This document shows, in pieces, positions 1-10,038 of a stretch of 37,694 nt of DNA. The DNA lies in assembly GCA_040754675.1 (NCBI GenBank), contig JBFMCJ010000001.1, forward strand, positions 1-37,694. The letters run 5' to 3'. Source of the DNA: Bacillota bacterium (lineage in GTDB: Bacteria; Bacillota; Limnochordia; Limnochordales; Geochordaceae). The notes below the pieces were generated by a model. That model was not told the DNA's origin, did not search any database, and worked only from the letters and a program-made list of their open reading frames with translations. A program made the translations under genes and the position numbers. Position 1 is the first letter of the stretch; every line of letters begins with the position of its first letter.

Positions 1-466
1 GCACCAGGCGGGATCCGGCTGGCAGCGGGCGAAAGAGACCAAAATACACCCGTAGCACCTGCAGGAACGGGAAGGCGTCGTACGAGTACGCAAACTTAGG
101 CCCGGGCTCGCCCGTCTCGAGCTGAACGTGGCCCCGCCACGCCGTTCCCGGGATGATCCGGTCGCTACCCGGTTCCCACCGAAACGTGTCGGGCGGGAAC
201 CCCACCAGCTTCAGGAAGGTCCCGCCCTTCTCCGCCCCTCCCTGCACCGAACCGGCCGGGTCGGCGCCCGGGCCGGTCGGGTGATACGCCTCTATCCACA
301 CAACCGCCGAAAACCGGTCGGGCCACGACATGGTTTCAGACATACGGATGGCCAGCGCTCCGGCCCCCGAGGGGCGGCTGGCCTCGGCCGCCGCCACGCT
401 GCCGCTCCCCGCTGCCAGCACGAGGAGCGTCAGGGCCAGCGGCCACAGCCGTCTCAGGCGCATCAT
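1..466 (-). CDS. Exported hypothetical protein, 5' part only (runs off the window)
   Basis: Manual translation MMRLRRLWPLALTLLVLAAGSGSVAAAEA... gives a basic/hydrophobic/AxA signal peptide. GAGGTG Shine-Dalgarno upstream, open to base 1, directly follows the rnhC stop. Not in the ORF track because the stop lies outside the window. Confidence 0.7.
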   Translation of the reverse strand, partial: MMRLRRLWPLALTLLVLAAGSGSVAAAEASRPSGAGALAIRMSETMSWPDRFSAVVWIEAYHPTGPGADPAGSVQGGAEKGGTFLKLVGFPPDTFRWEPGSDRIIPGTAWRGHVQLETGEPGPKFAYSYDAFPFLQVLRVYFGLFRPLPAGSRLV

Positions 467-473
467 ACCCACC

Positions 474-1208
474 TCACCACGGCCCGCCTCTGCTGCTCCG
501 GCGGGGGCGCGCACCTGTTCGCCATCGGGCTTCTTCGCCCGCCTCGGGCGCTCCTGCATGAAAGGCCATCACCCTCTTGGTCGTCGCAAAGTGCAGCTTG
601 GCAAACCGGCCGAGGTAGGAGAGGCCGCCCCGCCGGACAAGCTCTACCGCCGCAGCCTCTACGTGCGTGGCCCCTTTGGGGAGCTCCAGGCTCGCCAGTT
701 CGGAAAGCCTGTCGAGCTCGCGCAAGAACCGCGCCCTGGCGATGACGGAGGCGGCTGCCACCGCCAGGTCTGCTTCAGCGTGCGGAAGCTGCCTCACGCT
801 GACCGTGCGGCCCCGCGCCATCAGCGCCGCGTCCAGGGTGCCCGGGTCTTTCGCGAATTGATCGGCCACCACCCGTTCCACGGATACCTCTGCCAGAAGG
901 TCTTCGAGAGCCCGGGCATGGGCCCACGCCAGGATCCGGTTGACGTTTTGCATGCGGCCGTACAGCTCGTTGTACCGGGCCGGGCCGATGACCACGACCC
1001 TGGCCGGCACGAGGCCCCGCATGGCCTCCGCCAGCTCCAGGCACCGGCCGTCGGAGATCCGTTTGGAATCGGCCACGCCCAGCCGCGCGAGCTCAAGCTC
1101 GACCCGGCTGTCCACGACCGCTGCGGCCGCCGCCACCAGAGGGCCGAAGTAGTCGCCCTTCCCCGACTCGTCGAGCCCCACGCGTGGCGTAAAACGTTCG
1201 CTGGTCAT
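474..1208 (-). CDS. rnhC: Ribonuclease HIII-type RNase H (catalytic domain only)
   Basis: GLDESGKGDYFGPLV, DSK, ADQF, AVAAASVIAR, LPKGA and AKLHF motifs. ATG at 1208 overlaps the deoC stop (ATGA). Confidence 0.85.
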   Translation of the reverse strand: MTSERFTPRVGLDESGKGDYFGPLVAAAAAVVDSRVELELARLGVADSKRISDGRCLELAEAMRGLVPARVVVIGPARYNELYGRMQNVNRILAWAHARALEDLLAEVSVERVVADQFAKDPGTLDAALMARGRTVSVRQLPHAEADLAVAAASVIARARFLRELDRLSELASLELPKGATHVEAAAVELVRRGGLSYLGRFAKLHFATTKRVMAFHAGAPEAGEEARWRTGARPRRSSRGGPW

Positions 1209-1876
1209 CGGGCGCCCGTCATCTGCTGCATGATGGCGACGCCGGCGCTGGTCCCCAGCCGGTCGGCGCCCGCCTCGATGAGCCGAATGGCCTCCTCGAG
1301 GGTGCGGACTTTTCCGGACGCCTTGACCCTGGCCCGGTCGCCCACCACCTCTTTGAGGAGCCGCACGTCCTCCACCGTGGCGCCGCCCGGCCCGAAGCCG
1401 GTGGAGGTCTTCACGAAGTGCGCGCCCTGCTCCACCGCTATGCGGGCAGCCATCCGCTTCTGATCGTCGCTCAACAGCCCTGTCTCGATGATCACTTTCA
1501 GCACGGTGGACGGCCCGATGGCGCGGGCGACCGTGCGGATGTGCTGGACGTAGCCGTCGAGGTCGCCTTCCAGGAGAAGCCCTGCCGGCGCCACCATGTC
1601 GATCTCGGCAGCACCGGCGGCCACGGCCTCCACGGCCTCCACCACCTTGACCAGGGGCGTGGCAGCGCCCAGCGGGAAGCCCACTACGCTCGCCACCTTC
1701 ACGGGACTGCCGGTGAGGAAACGGTAGGCCCGCGCCGCATACAGCGGGTTGACGCAGACCGCATAAAAGCCCCACTCCACCGCTTCCCGGCAGAGCCGCT
1801 CCACATCCTGGGGCCTCGCCTCCGGCTTCAGCAGCGTGTGGTCGATGCGCCTGGCAAGTTGTTCACGGGACAGCAC
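1205..1876 (-). CDS. deoC: Deoxyribose-phosphate aldolase
   Basis: IDHTLLKP, VVGFPLG, EIDMV, KVIIET, FVKTSTGF, VKASG, RLGTS motifs. Confidence 0.96.
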   Translation of the reverse strand: MLSREQLARRIDHTLLKPEARPQDVERLCREAVEWGFYAVCVNPLYAARAYRFLTGSPVKVASVVGFPLGAATPLVKVVEAVEAVAAGAAEIDMVAPAGLLLEGDLDGYVQHIRTVARAIGPSTVLKVIIETGLLSDDQKRMAARIAVEQGAHFVKTSTGFGPGGATVEDVRLLKEVVGDRARVKASGKVRTLEEAIRLIEAGADRLGTSAGVAIMQQMTGAR

Positions 1877-2828
1877 TGGGCTGCACCTCCCGCCGAGACG
1901 AGTTACGGGTGGGAAGGCTGAACAGGTAGATTCCCGCGAGGATCATGGCTGCACCCAGCCAGTGAAGCAGGGTAGGCCATTCCCTGAACAGCACCAGGGC
2001 GAGCACCGAAGCGCCCACCGGCTCTCCCAGGACAGCAGTGGCCACCGTGGACGCACCCAGGCGCGCCACCACCGCGTTGAGTGCCGAGTGCCCGATCAGG
2101 GTGGGTACGGCCGCGATCCCCAGGCCCACCCACACCTCTCGAGACGGATAGCCCCACAGCGGCAGGTTCAACAGCCTCGCCACCGCCAGAAGCGCCAGGG
2201 CCCCTGCCGAGTAGACCACGATCAGGTAATCGAGCAGCGCCACCCTGGCCCGCAGCCGCTGCCCGACCAGGAGGTAGACGCTCACCAGCGCCGCGGCCAG
2301 GAGCGCGAGCGCGTCGCCGTAAAGGCTCTCCCCCGCCAGACCGGCCGGCGCTCGCGCCGCATCCGAGCTGCCGCCGGCCAGCGCATCGGCCGACGCGATC
2401 ACCACCCCACCCAGCAGTGCCATGGCCAGCGCGGCGCTCTGCCCCCGGCTGATGCGCTGGCGCCACAGCAGCCACGAAACAAACACCACGAAGAGGGGCT
2501 GCGTGGTCACCAGCACGGTGGAACTCAGTACGGACGTCAACTCGAGGGAGGCAAACCAGACCGACCAGTGCGCCGCCAGGCTCACCCCGGCCACGGCGGC
2601 CCACAGCCGCCAGAGGTGCGGGCCGCCCTCCGCTGGCGCCCCGGCGCCACGTCCCTGCCTGCGGCCAGCCAGCCACAGCGGCCACAGCGCCGCTGCCGAG
2701 AAGCCCAGCCGGTAGAAGGCGAGCACAAGCGGCGGGAGGTTGGACAACCGCACCCAGATGGCGGCGGACGAGACCGCCGCCACCCCGATTGCCAGAACGA
2801 GGTAGGGCCGGGCCTCCAGCCTGCTCAT
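1863..2828 (-). CDS. DMT/EamA family transporter
   Basis: About 10 hydrophobic segments in two EamA repeats (SSAAIWVR, AFYRL, TTQPLFV, GEPVGA). Confidence 0.9.
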   Translation of the reverse strand: MSRLEARPYLVLAIGVAAVSSAAIWVRLSNLPPLVLAFYRLGFSAAALWPLWLAGRRQGRGAGAPAEGGPHLWRLWAAVAGVSLAAHWSVWFASLELTSVLSSTVLVTTQPLFVVFVSWLLWRQRISRGQSAALAMALLGGVVIASADALAGGSSDAARAPAGLAGESLYGDALALLAAALVSVYLLVGQRLRARVALLDYLIVVYSAGALALLAVARLLNLPLWGYPSREVWVGLGIAAVPTLIGHSALNAVVARLGASTVATAVLGEPVGASVLALVLFREWPTLLHWLGAAMILAGIYLFSLPTRNSSRREVQPSAVP

Positions 2829-4189
2829 CTCCAGTGCGCGCCGCCAGCCCCGCCCCGGGATGCACCGCCCGTTTCCACGCCGTTGCGCCCGTTCGGGAGC
2901 ACCACGGACACGGCCATCCTGGCGGGGTCGACATGGTCCCGAAGCGCCTCGGTCACCGCCCTGTGGTCAAGCTCCTCCAGCACCTCGAGGTAGTCCAGGG
3001 GCGTAACGCCCCGGAAGTGGAGAACCGCCAGCGCGTTGGCAATCATCTCCGGGTTATCCACTGAGGCGATGAACTCCCCGATCTCCCTTCGCCGCAGCCG
3101 TTCGACCGTATCGGCGTCCACGCCCTGGTCGCAGGCCCGTGCCAGCGCCTCCTTGAGGCGGACCTCGAGCCGGTCGGGATCCGGCGTCTCCCCGCCCGTG
3201 ACCGTGTGGGCAAAGCGCGAGTCGCACACGTACCGGGCGGCAAAGGTATCGTCGATCAAGCCCTCCTCGTAGAGTTCCTGGAACGTGTCCGAGCTTCGCC
3301 CGAGCACCGCGTCCAGCGCCAGGTTGATGGCCAGCTCGCGACGCACCAGCTCCTTGCCCGACAGCTCCCGCTTCACGTCTTTGATCCCGAGCGCCAGGCG
3401 CGGCCTCGAGACGGCAAGCCGCGTCTGGGCGCGGGGGCTGTGCACGCCGGCCGGCTCCTCAGGATCCAGCCGCACCACGCCCCGCCCGTCCTCCCGCGAG
3501 CCGCCCATCGCCTCCCCCGCCAGCTCGAAAACCTCGTCGGGCGCCACGTCGCCCGCCACGGCCAGCACCGCGTTGGCGGGATGATAAAAAGTCGAATGAC
3601 ACAGGTACAGCACCGGCACTTCAATCTTCCGGATCGACTCCACTGTGCCGCCGATTTCCAACCTGACCGGGTGCACGTGGTACAAGGACTGCATCAGCTT
3701 GACCATCACGCACCGGCTCGGATCGTCCTCGTACATGCGGATCTCCTGCTCGATGATGCCCTGTTCTTTCCGGACCGAGGCCTCGGTGAAGTAAGGTTCC
3801 TGCACGAAGCGCAGCAGCACCGACAGTGCCTCGCGGAAGTGGTCGACGGTGGAGAAGAGGTAGGCCGTCGTGGTGTAGGACGTGTAGGCGTTGGCGGAGG
3901 CCCCGAGCTCGGCGAACCGCGTGAACACGTCCCCCTCCTGCTTCTCGAAGAGCTTGTGTTCCAGGAAGTGCGCGATGCCCGCCGGCACCTCCACCACTTC
4001 CCCCCGGCCCCTGGGAACGAACCGGCTGTCGATGGAACCGTAGTGGACGGCCAGCACGGCGTACTTCTGCGAAAAGCGCGCCTTGGGCGCGACGTAGGCC
4101 GTCAGGCCCGATGCGAAGCGTGCCTCCACCAGCGGGTCGCCGGCGACCTGGTGGTGCCGGGTCTCGTAGGCGGCAGCCTCCACGGTCAT
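2825..4189 (-). CDS. ymfH: M16 family zinc peptidase, catalytic subunit (YmfH-like)
   Basis: GIAHFLEHKLF (HxxEH), NAYTS, KEQGIIEQEIRMYED, FYHPAN. Confidence 0.9.
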   Translation of the reverse strand: MTVEAAAYETRHHQVAGDPLVEARFASGLTAYVAPKARFSQKYAVLAVHYGSIDSRFVPRGRGEVVEVPAGIAHFLEHKLFEKQEGDVFTRFAELGASANAYTSYTTTAYLFSTVDHFREALSVLLRFVQEPYFTEASVRKEQGIIEQEIRMYEDDPSRCVMVKLMQSLYHVHPVRLEIGGTVESIRKIEVPVLYLCHSTFYHPANAVLAVAGDVAPDEVFELAGEAMGGSREDGRGVVRLDPEEPAGVHSPRAQTRLAVSRPRLALGIKDVKRELSGKELVRRELAINLALDAVLGRSSDTFQELYEEGLIDDTFAARYVCDSRFAHTVTGGETPDPDRLEVRLKEALARACDQGVDADTVERLRRREIGEFIASVDNPEMIANALAVLHFRGVTPLDYLEVLEELDHRAVTEALRDHVDPARMAVSVVLPNGRNGVETGGASRGGAGGAHWR

Positions 4190-5583
4190 AGCGTTGAAGC
4201 ATCCCCCTCTTGCCGGACCGTTGCGCCCTGCGCCACCCGGGCCTCCGCAGCGTTCGAGGTGAGGAAGTAGAACGTGTCCGGGGTCACTGTTTGCGCCGCC
4301 GCCACGATCTGGTCGGCCCCGATCCGTCTGACGTCCGCGATGAGTTCGGAAAACGGGCGCTGGCGGCCGTTGACGAGGCCGCTCAAGTAGTGATCGATGA
4401 GGGTGTTCGGCTCGTCCTCGCTAACGCGCCACCGGCGGATGAGGGCACGCCTCGTGGCCTCCAGTTCGCCGGCCTCCATCTCGCCCTGGCGCATGGCCGC
4501 GATCTGGCGCTCGATGATGGCAAGCGCCTTGTCCCGTAATCCGGGGTCGATGCCGGCGCTCACGATCAGCGCACCCTGGCTCGACTCCAGTCGGCTGTAC
4601 ACGAAGTAGGCGAGCGAGTTTCTCTCGCGCACGTGGGTGAAGAGCTTGGAATGCGGAAAGCCACCCAGCACCCCGTTGTACATGACCATGGCCGGGTAGT
4701 CCGGCGAGTCGAACCGCACGGGCGTCCGGTAGCCCAGGGCAAGGACTCCCTGGCGGACGTCCTGCGCCTCGGTCACGACGCGGGGGGGTGCGCTCTTCGG
4801 CGTCCCGTCCTGCCCCCTGCCGTCCCGCGCAGCCGCCGGTGCGGGCTCGTGCCGTTCCTGCGCCCCCGGCCGGTAGCCCAGGGCGTCCAGCACGCGCTGC
4901 GTGAGCTCCGCGACGCTGTCCGCGCCGGCGCCGTTCACCACCAGCAGGTCGGCGGGGAAGCCCAGAATCCGTTCGCGGTAATGGCGGAAAAGGGCCGCCG
5001 CGTCCAGGGCCGGCAGGTCTTCCAGGCGCCCCAGGCGGTGCAGGGCGAACGGCTCGCCCGCGAACATTTCCTCGATGAGCCGGTGCAGGGCGTACTGCCG
5101 CTTGTTGTTGATGACACCCTCGATGCGCCGCCGCAGGATCTCCTTCTCCTGCTGCACGTACTGGGGCACCAGCTGCCCGTCCGCCATGGCGGGTTCCAGC
5201 AGCACCTCGAAGATCAGGCGCAGCAGGGCTTCGAGTTGCCCGGTGCCCGGCCCGTGACCGGGCAGGTAGGCGTCGGCGACCGCCTCGCCACGGATCTCCA
5301 CGAGCTGCGTCCCGCCGATCTTGCTCACGTCTACGCCCAGCCGTGCCCCGTACAGCCCCTCCAGGTGACGTGCGATGGCCTTCAGGGTGGGGAGCTGCCG
5401 GGTACCGCGCCGAAGTACGAAGGGAACCAGCGCGTTGGCCGTCACGTCCTCGCGGCGCAGAGGCAGCCGCAGGGCAAGCCTCGCCGTCTCCACCTTGAAC
5501 TTGCGGGTGGTCAGGACGTGCAAGCGCAGGCCTGCGACTTCCCGGGTCGTGAACCAGTTGCGGTCGTCGGCCAGGCGGCTCAT
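4186..5583 (-). CDS. ymfF: M16 family peptidase-like non-catalytic partner (YmfF-like)
   Basis: TRKFKV, LEGLYGA, NGVLGGFPHSKLFTHVRERNSLAY; no HxxEH motif. ATG 5583 chosen over GTG 5595 for SD spacing. Translationally coupled to ymfH. Confidence 0.85.
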   Translation of the reverse strand: MSRLADDRNWFTTREVAGLRLHVLTTRKFKVETARLALRLPLRREDVTANALVPFVLRRGTRQLPTLKAIARHLEGLYGARLGVDVSKIGGTQLVEIRGEAVADAYLPGHGPGTGQLEALLRLIFEVLLEPAMADGQLVPQYVQQEKEILRRRIEGVINNKRQYALHRLIEEMFAGEPFALHRLGRLEDLPALDAAALFRHYRERILGFPADLLVVNGAGADSVAELTQRVLDALGYRPGAQERHEPAPAAARDGRGQDGTPKSAPPRVVTEAQDVRQGVLALGYRTPVRFDSPDYPAMVMYNGVLGGFPHSKLFTHVRERNSLAYFVYSRLESSQGALIVSAGIDPGLRDKALAIIERQIAAMRQGEMEAGELEATRRALIRRWRVSEDEPNTLIDHYLSGLVNGRQRPFSELIADVRRIGADQIVAAAQTVTPDTFYFLTSNAAEARVAQGATVRQEGDASTL

Positions 5584-5621
5584 GATCCCCGGCACCTTCC
5601 CGGAAGCGATTGGAAACGACT

Positions 5622-5649
5622 AAAAAGCATGCCGGCCAGCGGGCCGGCA
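5622..5649 (-). terminator. Intrinsic terminator-like hairpin between helY-like gene and ymfF
   Basis: Perfect 8-bp stem TGCCGGCC-CGCT-GGCCGGCA followed by TGCTTTTT on the minus strand. Confidence 0.6.
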
Positions 5650-5734
5650 CCTTCTGGAAACGGGGTCCGTCTTCCAGGCTTCATTCTGTTTCGCCGGGTC
5701 CTGGGAGATACCTTTTATTACCCCTGCAACACCT

Positions 5735-7873
5735 CTACAGCACCACAGCGACCTCGTCCCGGTCGGCCGCCCGTATCGCTTCGCCCACCGCCGCCTCCAG
5801 GAACGGGTCGCCCTCGGCCGCTGTGCGGATCTGGCGCAGCAGATCGATGCCCCGGCGCACCGCGAAGACGAAGTCGCCCTCGTCCACCTCGCTCAAGCGC
5901 AGGCACTCGTCGAGGCTGTGGCCGTTGGCCCACGCGACCACCGCCGGCGCCAGGTGCGGCCCGAAGCGCACGGTCGTGTAGCCCAGGCGGCGCAACTCCG
6001 CCCCGGTGATGGCGCGCAGCGCGCGGTAGACCGGCTCCATGGCGAACGGAACGTGGCGCGGCACGTGCTCCGAGCGCCTCGGCTCGTAATCCACCGCCAC
6101 GCTCAGGGCGAGAAGCTCCGCCGGCGCCAGCGAGCGCAGGAAGCCCTCCGCCAGAAGCTCGGTGACCAGAAGCTCCTGTACGTGGACGTGCCGTGCCATC
6201 TCGCCCCGCGAGGTGAGTTCGGCGCCGTCGCGCAGGTAATCCAGGTCCTCCAGCACCCTCCGGCGGCGGTCGAATTCCTGCGCGAACTGCTCGGGCCCCG
6301 GTTGGGCAGCGAGCCGTTCCCGCAGCCCCAACAGCGCCCGCCGCGCCTTGCGGATCACCCTGGCAGGCCCTCGTTCCGAAAGTTGCGCGACCCGGTGCTG
6401 CAGGCCGGCGATCTCCCGCTCCAGGCGCTCCCGGGTGACGCGCGCCTGGAACGCGGCAAAGTTGCGCCGGATCACCTCCCGAGCCTCATCGGCGTCGAAC
6501 CGGCTCAGCAGGTTGAGCACCGTGTTGTAGCTGAGCACGAACTGGCTGCGCAGGGGCTCGACGTCGGCTTCATCCAGAGAGGGCACGGCCTGCGCGTCGA
6601 TCTCGTTGAGGTCCACCGCCGCATACACGTAGCCGCGCTCGTCAATCCCACGCCGCCCGGCCCGCCCGGCCATCTGGAAGTACTCGCGGTTGGTGATGGG
6701 GCGGTACTCGATCCCGTCGTACTTGCGGAGCGACCCGAAAAAGACCGTGCGGCACGGGAAGTTGACACCCACCGCGAACGTCTCCGTGCAGAAAAGGACG
6801 TACAGCAAGCGCCGCTCGAAGAGTTCTTCGACCACGTCCTTCACGGCCGGAAGCATCCCCGCGTGGTGGAAGCCCACCCCCCGCTCCCACATCGGCAAGA
6901 GATGCTCCACCCGCCGGGCCGCGCTCTCGGGGTAAGGGGCCAGCACCTCGGCGACGACGCGGCGAACCTCCTGCCGGCCGCTGGCCGTCAGGTAATCCCG
7001 GATGGCGGCCAGCTCCCGGGCGTGGTACTCTGCCACGCGCCGGCTGAAGAAGAAAAAGAGCGCGGGAAGCCGGTCGGGCCCCGCCCTGTCGAGGAGCGCC
7101 AGGGGATCCACCGGCGGGTAGTGCAGGCGGTGGCCGTAACCCTCGATTCGGCGGCCTTTCGGCCAGTACCCGCCCCGGGCCTCCAGCTTGCGGGCGTGAC
7201 GCACGAGGCGCGCCCGCGTGGTGAAGCCCAGCGTGGGCTCGTAGAGGTGGTGCTCCAGCGGGACGGCCCGGTCGTACGACACGACGACGTGCACCTTCCG
7301 CCCCTGCACCGCCTCGAGCCAGTCGGCCAGTTGCCGGGCATTGGGGATGGTGGCCGAAAGCCCCAGGAACTGGATGGCGGGCGGCAGGAAAAGCAGGCTC
7401 TCCTCCCAGACGGACCCCCGCTCCGGGTCGTCGATGTAGTGGATCTCGTCGAAGATGACCCAGGTTACGCCGTCCAGGCGCCGGGCCTCGAGGTGCAGCA
7501 GGTTGCGGAACACCTCTGTGGTCATGATGGTAACCGCCGCGTCGGGGTTGATGACCACGTCCCCGGTCAGGATGCCGACGGCGTCCGGCCCGAGCAGGCG
7601 CTTGAACTCCTTGAACTTCTGGTTGGACAGCGCCTTGATGGGCGCCGTATAGACGACCCGCTGCCCTCTTGCGAACGTGCGCTCGATGAGGTAGTCCGCG
7701 ACGAGCGTCTTTCCGGTGCCGGTAGGAGCGGCCACCAGGGTGGAAACCCCGGCCTCGACCGACGCGATGGCCTCCTGCTGGAACGGGTCGAGGCGGAACC
7801 CCCGGTAGACGGAAGGCGCTGCTTCGAGGAGTGATGGCTCAAGATTACCTCGATGGTCGATGGTGTGATCCAC
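5735..7873 (-). CDS. Ski2/HelY-like DExH-box RNA helicase
   Basis: APTGTGKT, YTAPIKALSNQK, IMTTE, DEIH, LSATI, GFHHAG, TETFAVGVN, QMAGRAGRRG; DSHCT-like C-terminus (EGDFVFAVRR). Confidence 0.92.
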   Translation of the reverse strand: MDHTIDHRGNLEPSLLEAAPSVYRGFRLDPFQQEAIASVEAGVSTLVAAPTGTGKTLVADYLIERTFARGQRVVYTAPIKALSNQKFKEFKRLLGPDAVGILTGDVVINPDAAVTIMTTEVFRNLLHLEARRLDGVTWVIFDEIHYIDDPERGSVWEESLLFLPPAIQFLGLSATIPNARQLADWLEAVQGRKVHVVVSYDRAVPLEHHLYEPTLGFTTRARLVRHARKLEARGGYWPKGRRIEGYGHRLHYPPVDPLALLDRAGPDRLPALFFFFSRRVAEYHARELAAIRDYLTASGRQEVRRVVAEVLAPYPESAARRVEHLLPMWERGVGFHHAGMLPAVKDVVEELFERRLLYVLFCTETFAVGVNFPCRTVFFGSLRKYDGIEYRPITNREYFQMAGRAGRRGIDERGYVYAAVDLNEIDAQAVPSLDEADVEPLRSQFVLSYNTVLNLLSRFDADEAREVIRRNFAAFQARVTRERLEREIAGLQHRVAQLSERGPARVIRKARRALLGLRERLAAQPGPEQFAQEFDRRRRVLEDLDYLRDGAELTSRGEMARHVHVQELLVTELLAEGFLRSLAPAELLALSVAVDYEPRRSEHVPRHVPFAMEPVYRALRAITGAELRRLGYTTVRFGPHLAPAVVAWANGHSLDECLRLSEVDEGDFVFAVRRGIDLLRQIRTAAEGDPFLEAAVGEAIRAADRDEVAVVL

Positions 7874-7887
7874 TGCTTACCTTGTAC

Positions 7888-8430
7888 TCACTTCTCTGTG
7901 GCCTCGCGTGCCTGAGCCGCGGGCGGCGCGGCTGCCGCCCTCTCGCGGGCATCCGCCGCTCGGTGTGCGAGGCGGGCGCAGGCCGCCGCAACGATGGCGG
8001 CCAGGATGTCGTCCAGGAAGGTGTGGACCCGGGATGGCTCGCCGGGCAGCGCCTGGTCGAGTTCGGGCGGGCGTTCCTGGTCGAGGTAGCCGAAATTGGA
8101 CAGCCCGATGCTGCCGTACACGTTGACGATGCTCAGCGCCAGCACCTCGTCGATCCCGTACAGATGGGAGTTTGCGCGAAGCACGCTCGCCAGCGGCTCG
8201 TCCAGCCTGCCCTCCTCGGCCATCACGTCCAGGGTGACCCCGGTGAGGACGGCAAATTGAACCTCCCGCTTTTCCACCACGTGATCCACGCTCTCCCGGC
8301 ACGCCTCCAGGGTTAGATCCTTCACGTACGGCTTCTGGAGCCGGAAGACGAGGCGCACGATGGGATCGAGGTCCACGCCTCTCATTGCCAGAAGCGCGCG
8401 GGCGCTGGTCGGGAGCCACCTGGCCTGCAT
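7888..8430 (-). CDS. Phosphatidylglycerophosphatase A family protein (YutG/YpjQ-like)
   Basis: KREVQ, YGIDEVLAL, YGSIGLSNFGYLD, HTFLDDILAAIVAAA motifs. Confidence 0.85.
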   Translation of the reverse strand: MQARWLPTSARALLAMRGVDLDPIVRLVFRLQKPYVKDLTLEACRESVDHVVEKREVQFAVLTGVTLDVMAEEGRLDEPLASVLRANSHLYGIDEVLALSIVNVYGSIGLSNFGYLDQERPPELDQALPGEPSRVHTFLDDILAAIVAAACARLAHRAADARERAAAAPPAAQAREATEK

Positions 8431-8523
8431 GTTAAAGCAACACCTCGTTCTATCCTATCACAGGGCGCCCCGGGGCCGGAAGGTGCGGGCGGGCCTAGCC
8501 GGCAATCGTAACCACTCCGATTC

Positions 8524-8552
8524 TTGACCGCACCCCGGCCCCCCTTTATACT
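8524..8552 (+). promoter_or_regulatory. Sigma-A/70-type promoter of the cupredoxin-Rieske/cytochrome b operon
   Basis: TTGACC-N17-TATACT, about 100 nt upstream of ATG 8654. Confidence 0.7.
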
Positions 8553-8653
8553 TCACGCGGACCGTTTTCCACGGGGTCGACGCTGCGGGGACATTCTGCG
8601 CCTTGCGCGAAGCGCAACGGCCTTTGCAGCGAAAGGTGGGTCTTCGGGGGCAG

Positions 8654-9169
8654 ATGAAGCCTCGAATCTCCTCCCGTCCGTTCGTCGCGGCCATCTTCGT
8701 CCTGGGACTGATGGTAGTCGTGGCAGCCTGCGGCGGCGGTTCCTCCCGGCAGCAGAGCAGCTCGTCCCAGCCCTCCGCCTCTTCGTCTCCGCCACCGGCC
8801 GCCACCTCCGCCCCGCCGTCCACGACGGCCACCACGCCTCCTGCCGCGTCGGCTCCGGAGAGTTCGGCGTCGGCCGCCTCGGGCGGCATCGAAGTCATCG
8901 CTACCGACGAGGGCGGTCAGTTCCGGTTCAGCCCGGCCACCATTGAAGCCAGGCCCGGCCAGCAACTGGCCATCCGGGTGGTCAACAAGGGCGCCAGCGC
9001 TCACGACTTTTCCCTCGCCGACCTGAAGGTGGAAACCGGCCTGATCGATCCCGGCCGGGAGAAGACCATCACCTTCACGGCGCCGTCCAGGCCGGGTGAG
9101 TACCAGTTCGTGTGCACCGTGCCCGGTCATCTTCAGCTCGGTATGCAGGGCAAGCTCGTCGTCCGCTGA
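8654..9169 (+). CDS. Cupredoxin (type-1 blue copper) lipoprotein
   Basis: Lipobox VAAC, S/P/A/T-rich linker, ligand set AHDF...FVCTVPGHLQLGM (His, Cys, His, Met). Confidence 0.88.
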   Translation: MKPRISSRPFVAAIFVLGLMVVVAACGGGSSRQQSSSSQPSASSSPPPAATSAPPSTTATTPPAASAPESSASAASGGIEVIATDEGGQFRFSPATIEARPGQQLAIRVVNKGASAHDFSLADLKVETGLIDPGREKTITFTAPSRPGEYQFVCTVPGHLQLGMQGKLVVR

Positions 9170-9189
9170 CGCACGAGCCAGGGGAGCAC

Positions 9190-9230
9190 AGGGGCACCCG
9201 GGCGCGAAGGCCGGCTTCCCGGGTGCCCCT
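9190..9230 (+). repeat. Perfect 13-bp inverted repeat between cupredoxin and cytochrome b
   Basis: AGGGGCACCCGGG (9190-9202) ... CCCGGGTGCCCCT (9218-9230); no U-tract. Confidence 0.8.
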
Positions 9231-9267
9231 CTGCCATGCCGATTCGTGTCCTGGGAGAGGATGCCGC

Positions 9268-10038
<771 letters not shown>

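Noticed and set aside
1209-1775. N-terminal extension of the RNase HIII ORF
   Set aside because: It is an alternative frame of deoC with low-complexity sequence; the real start is ATG 1208.
8730-8890. S/P/A-rich stretches (also 10900-11110 and 26080-26240) as repeats
   Set aside because: Low-complexity protein linkers, not DNA repeat arrays.
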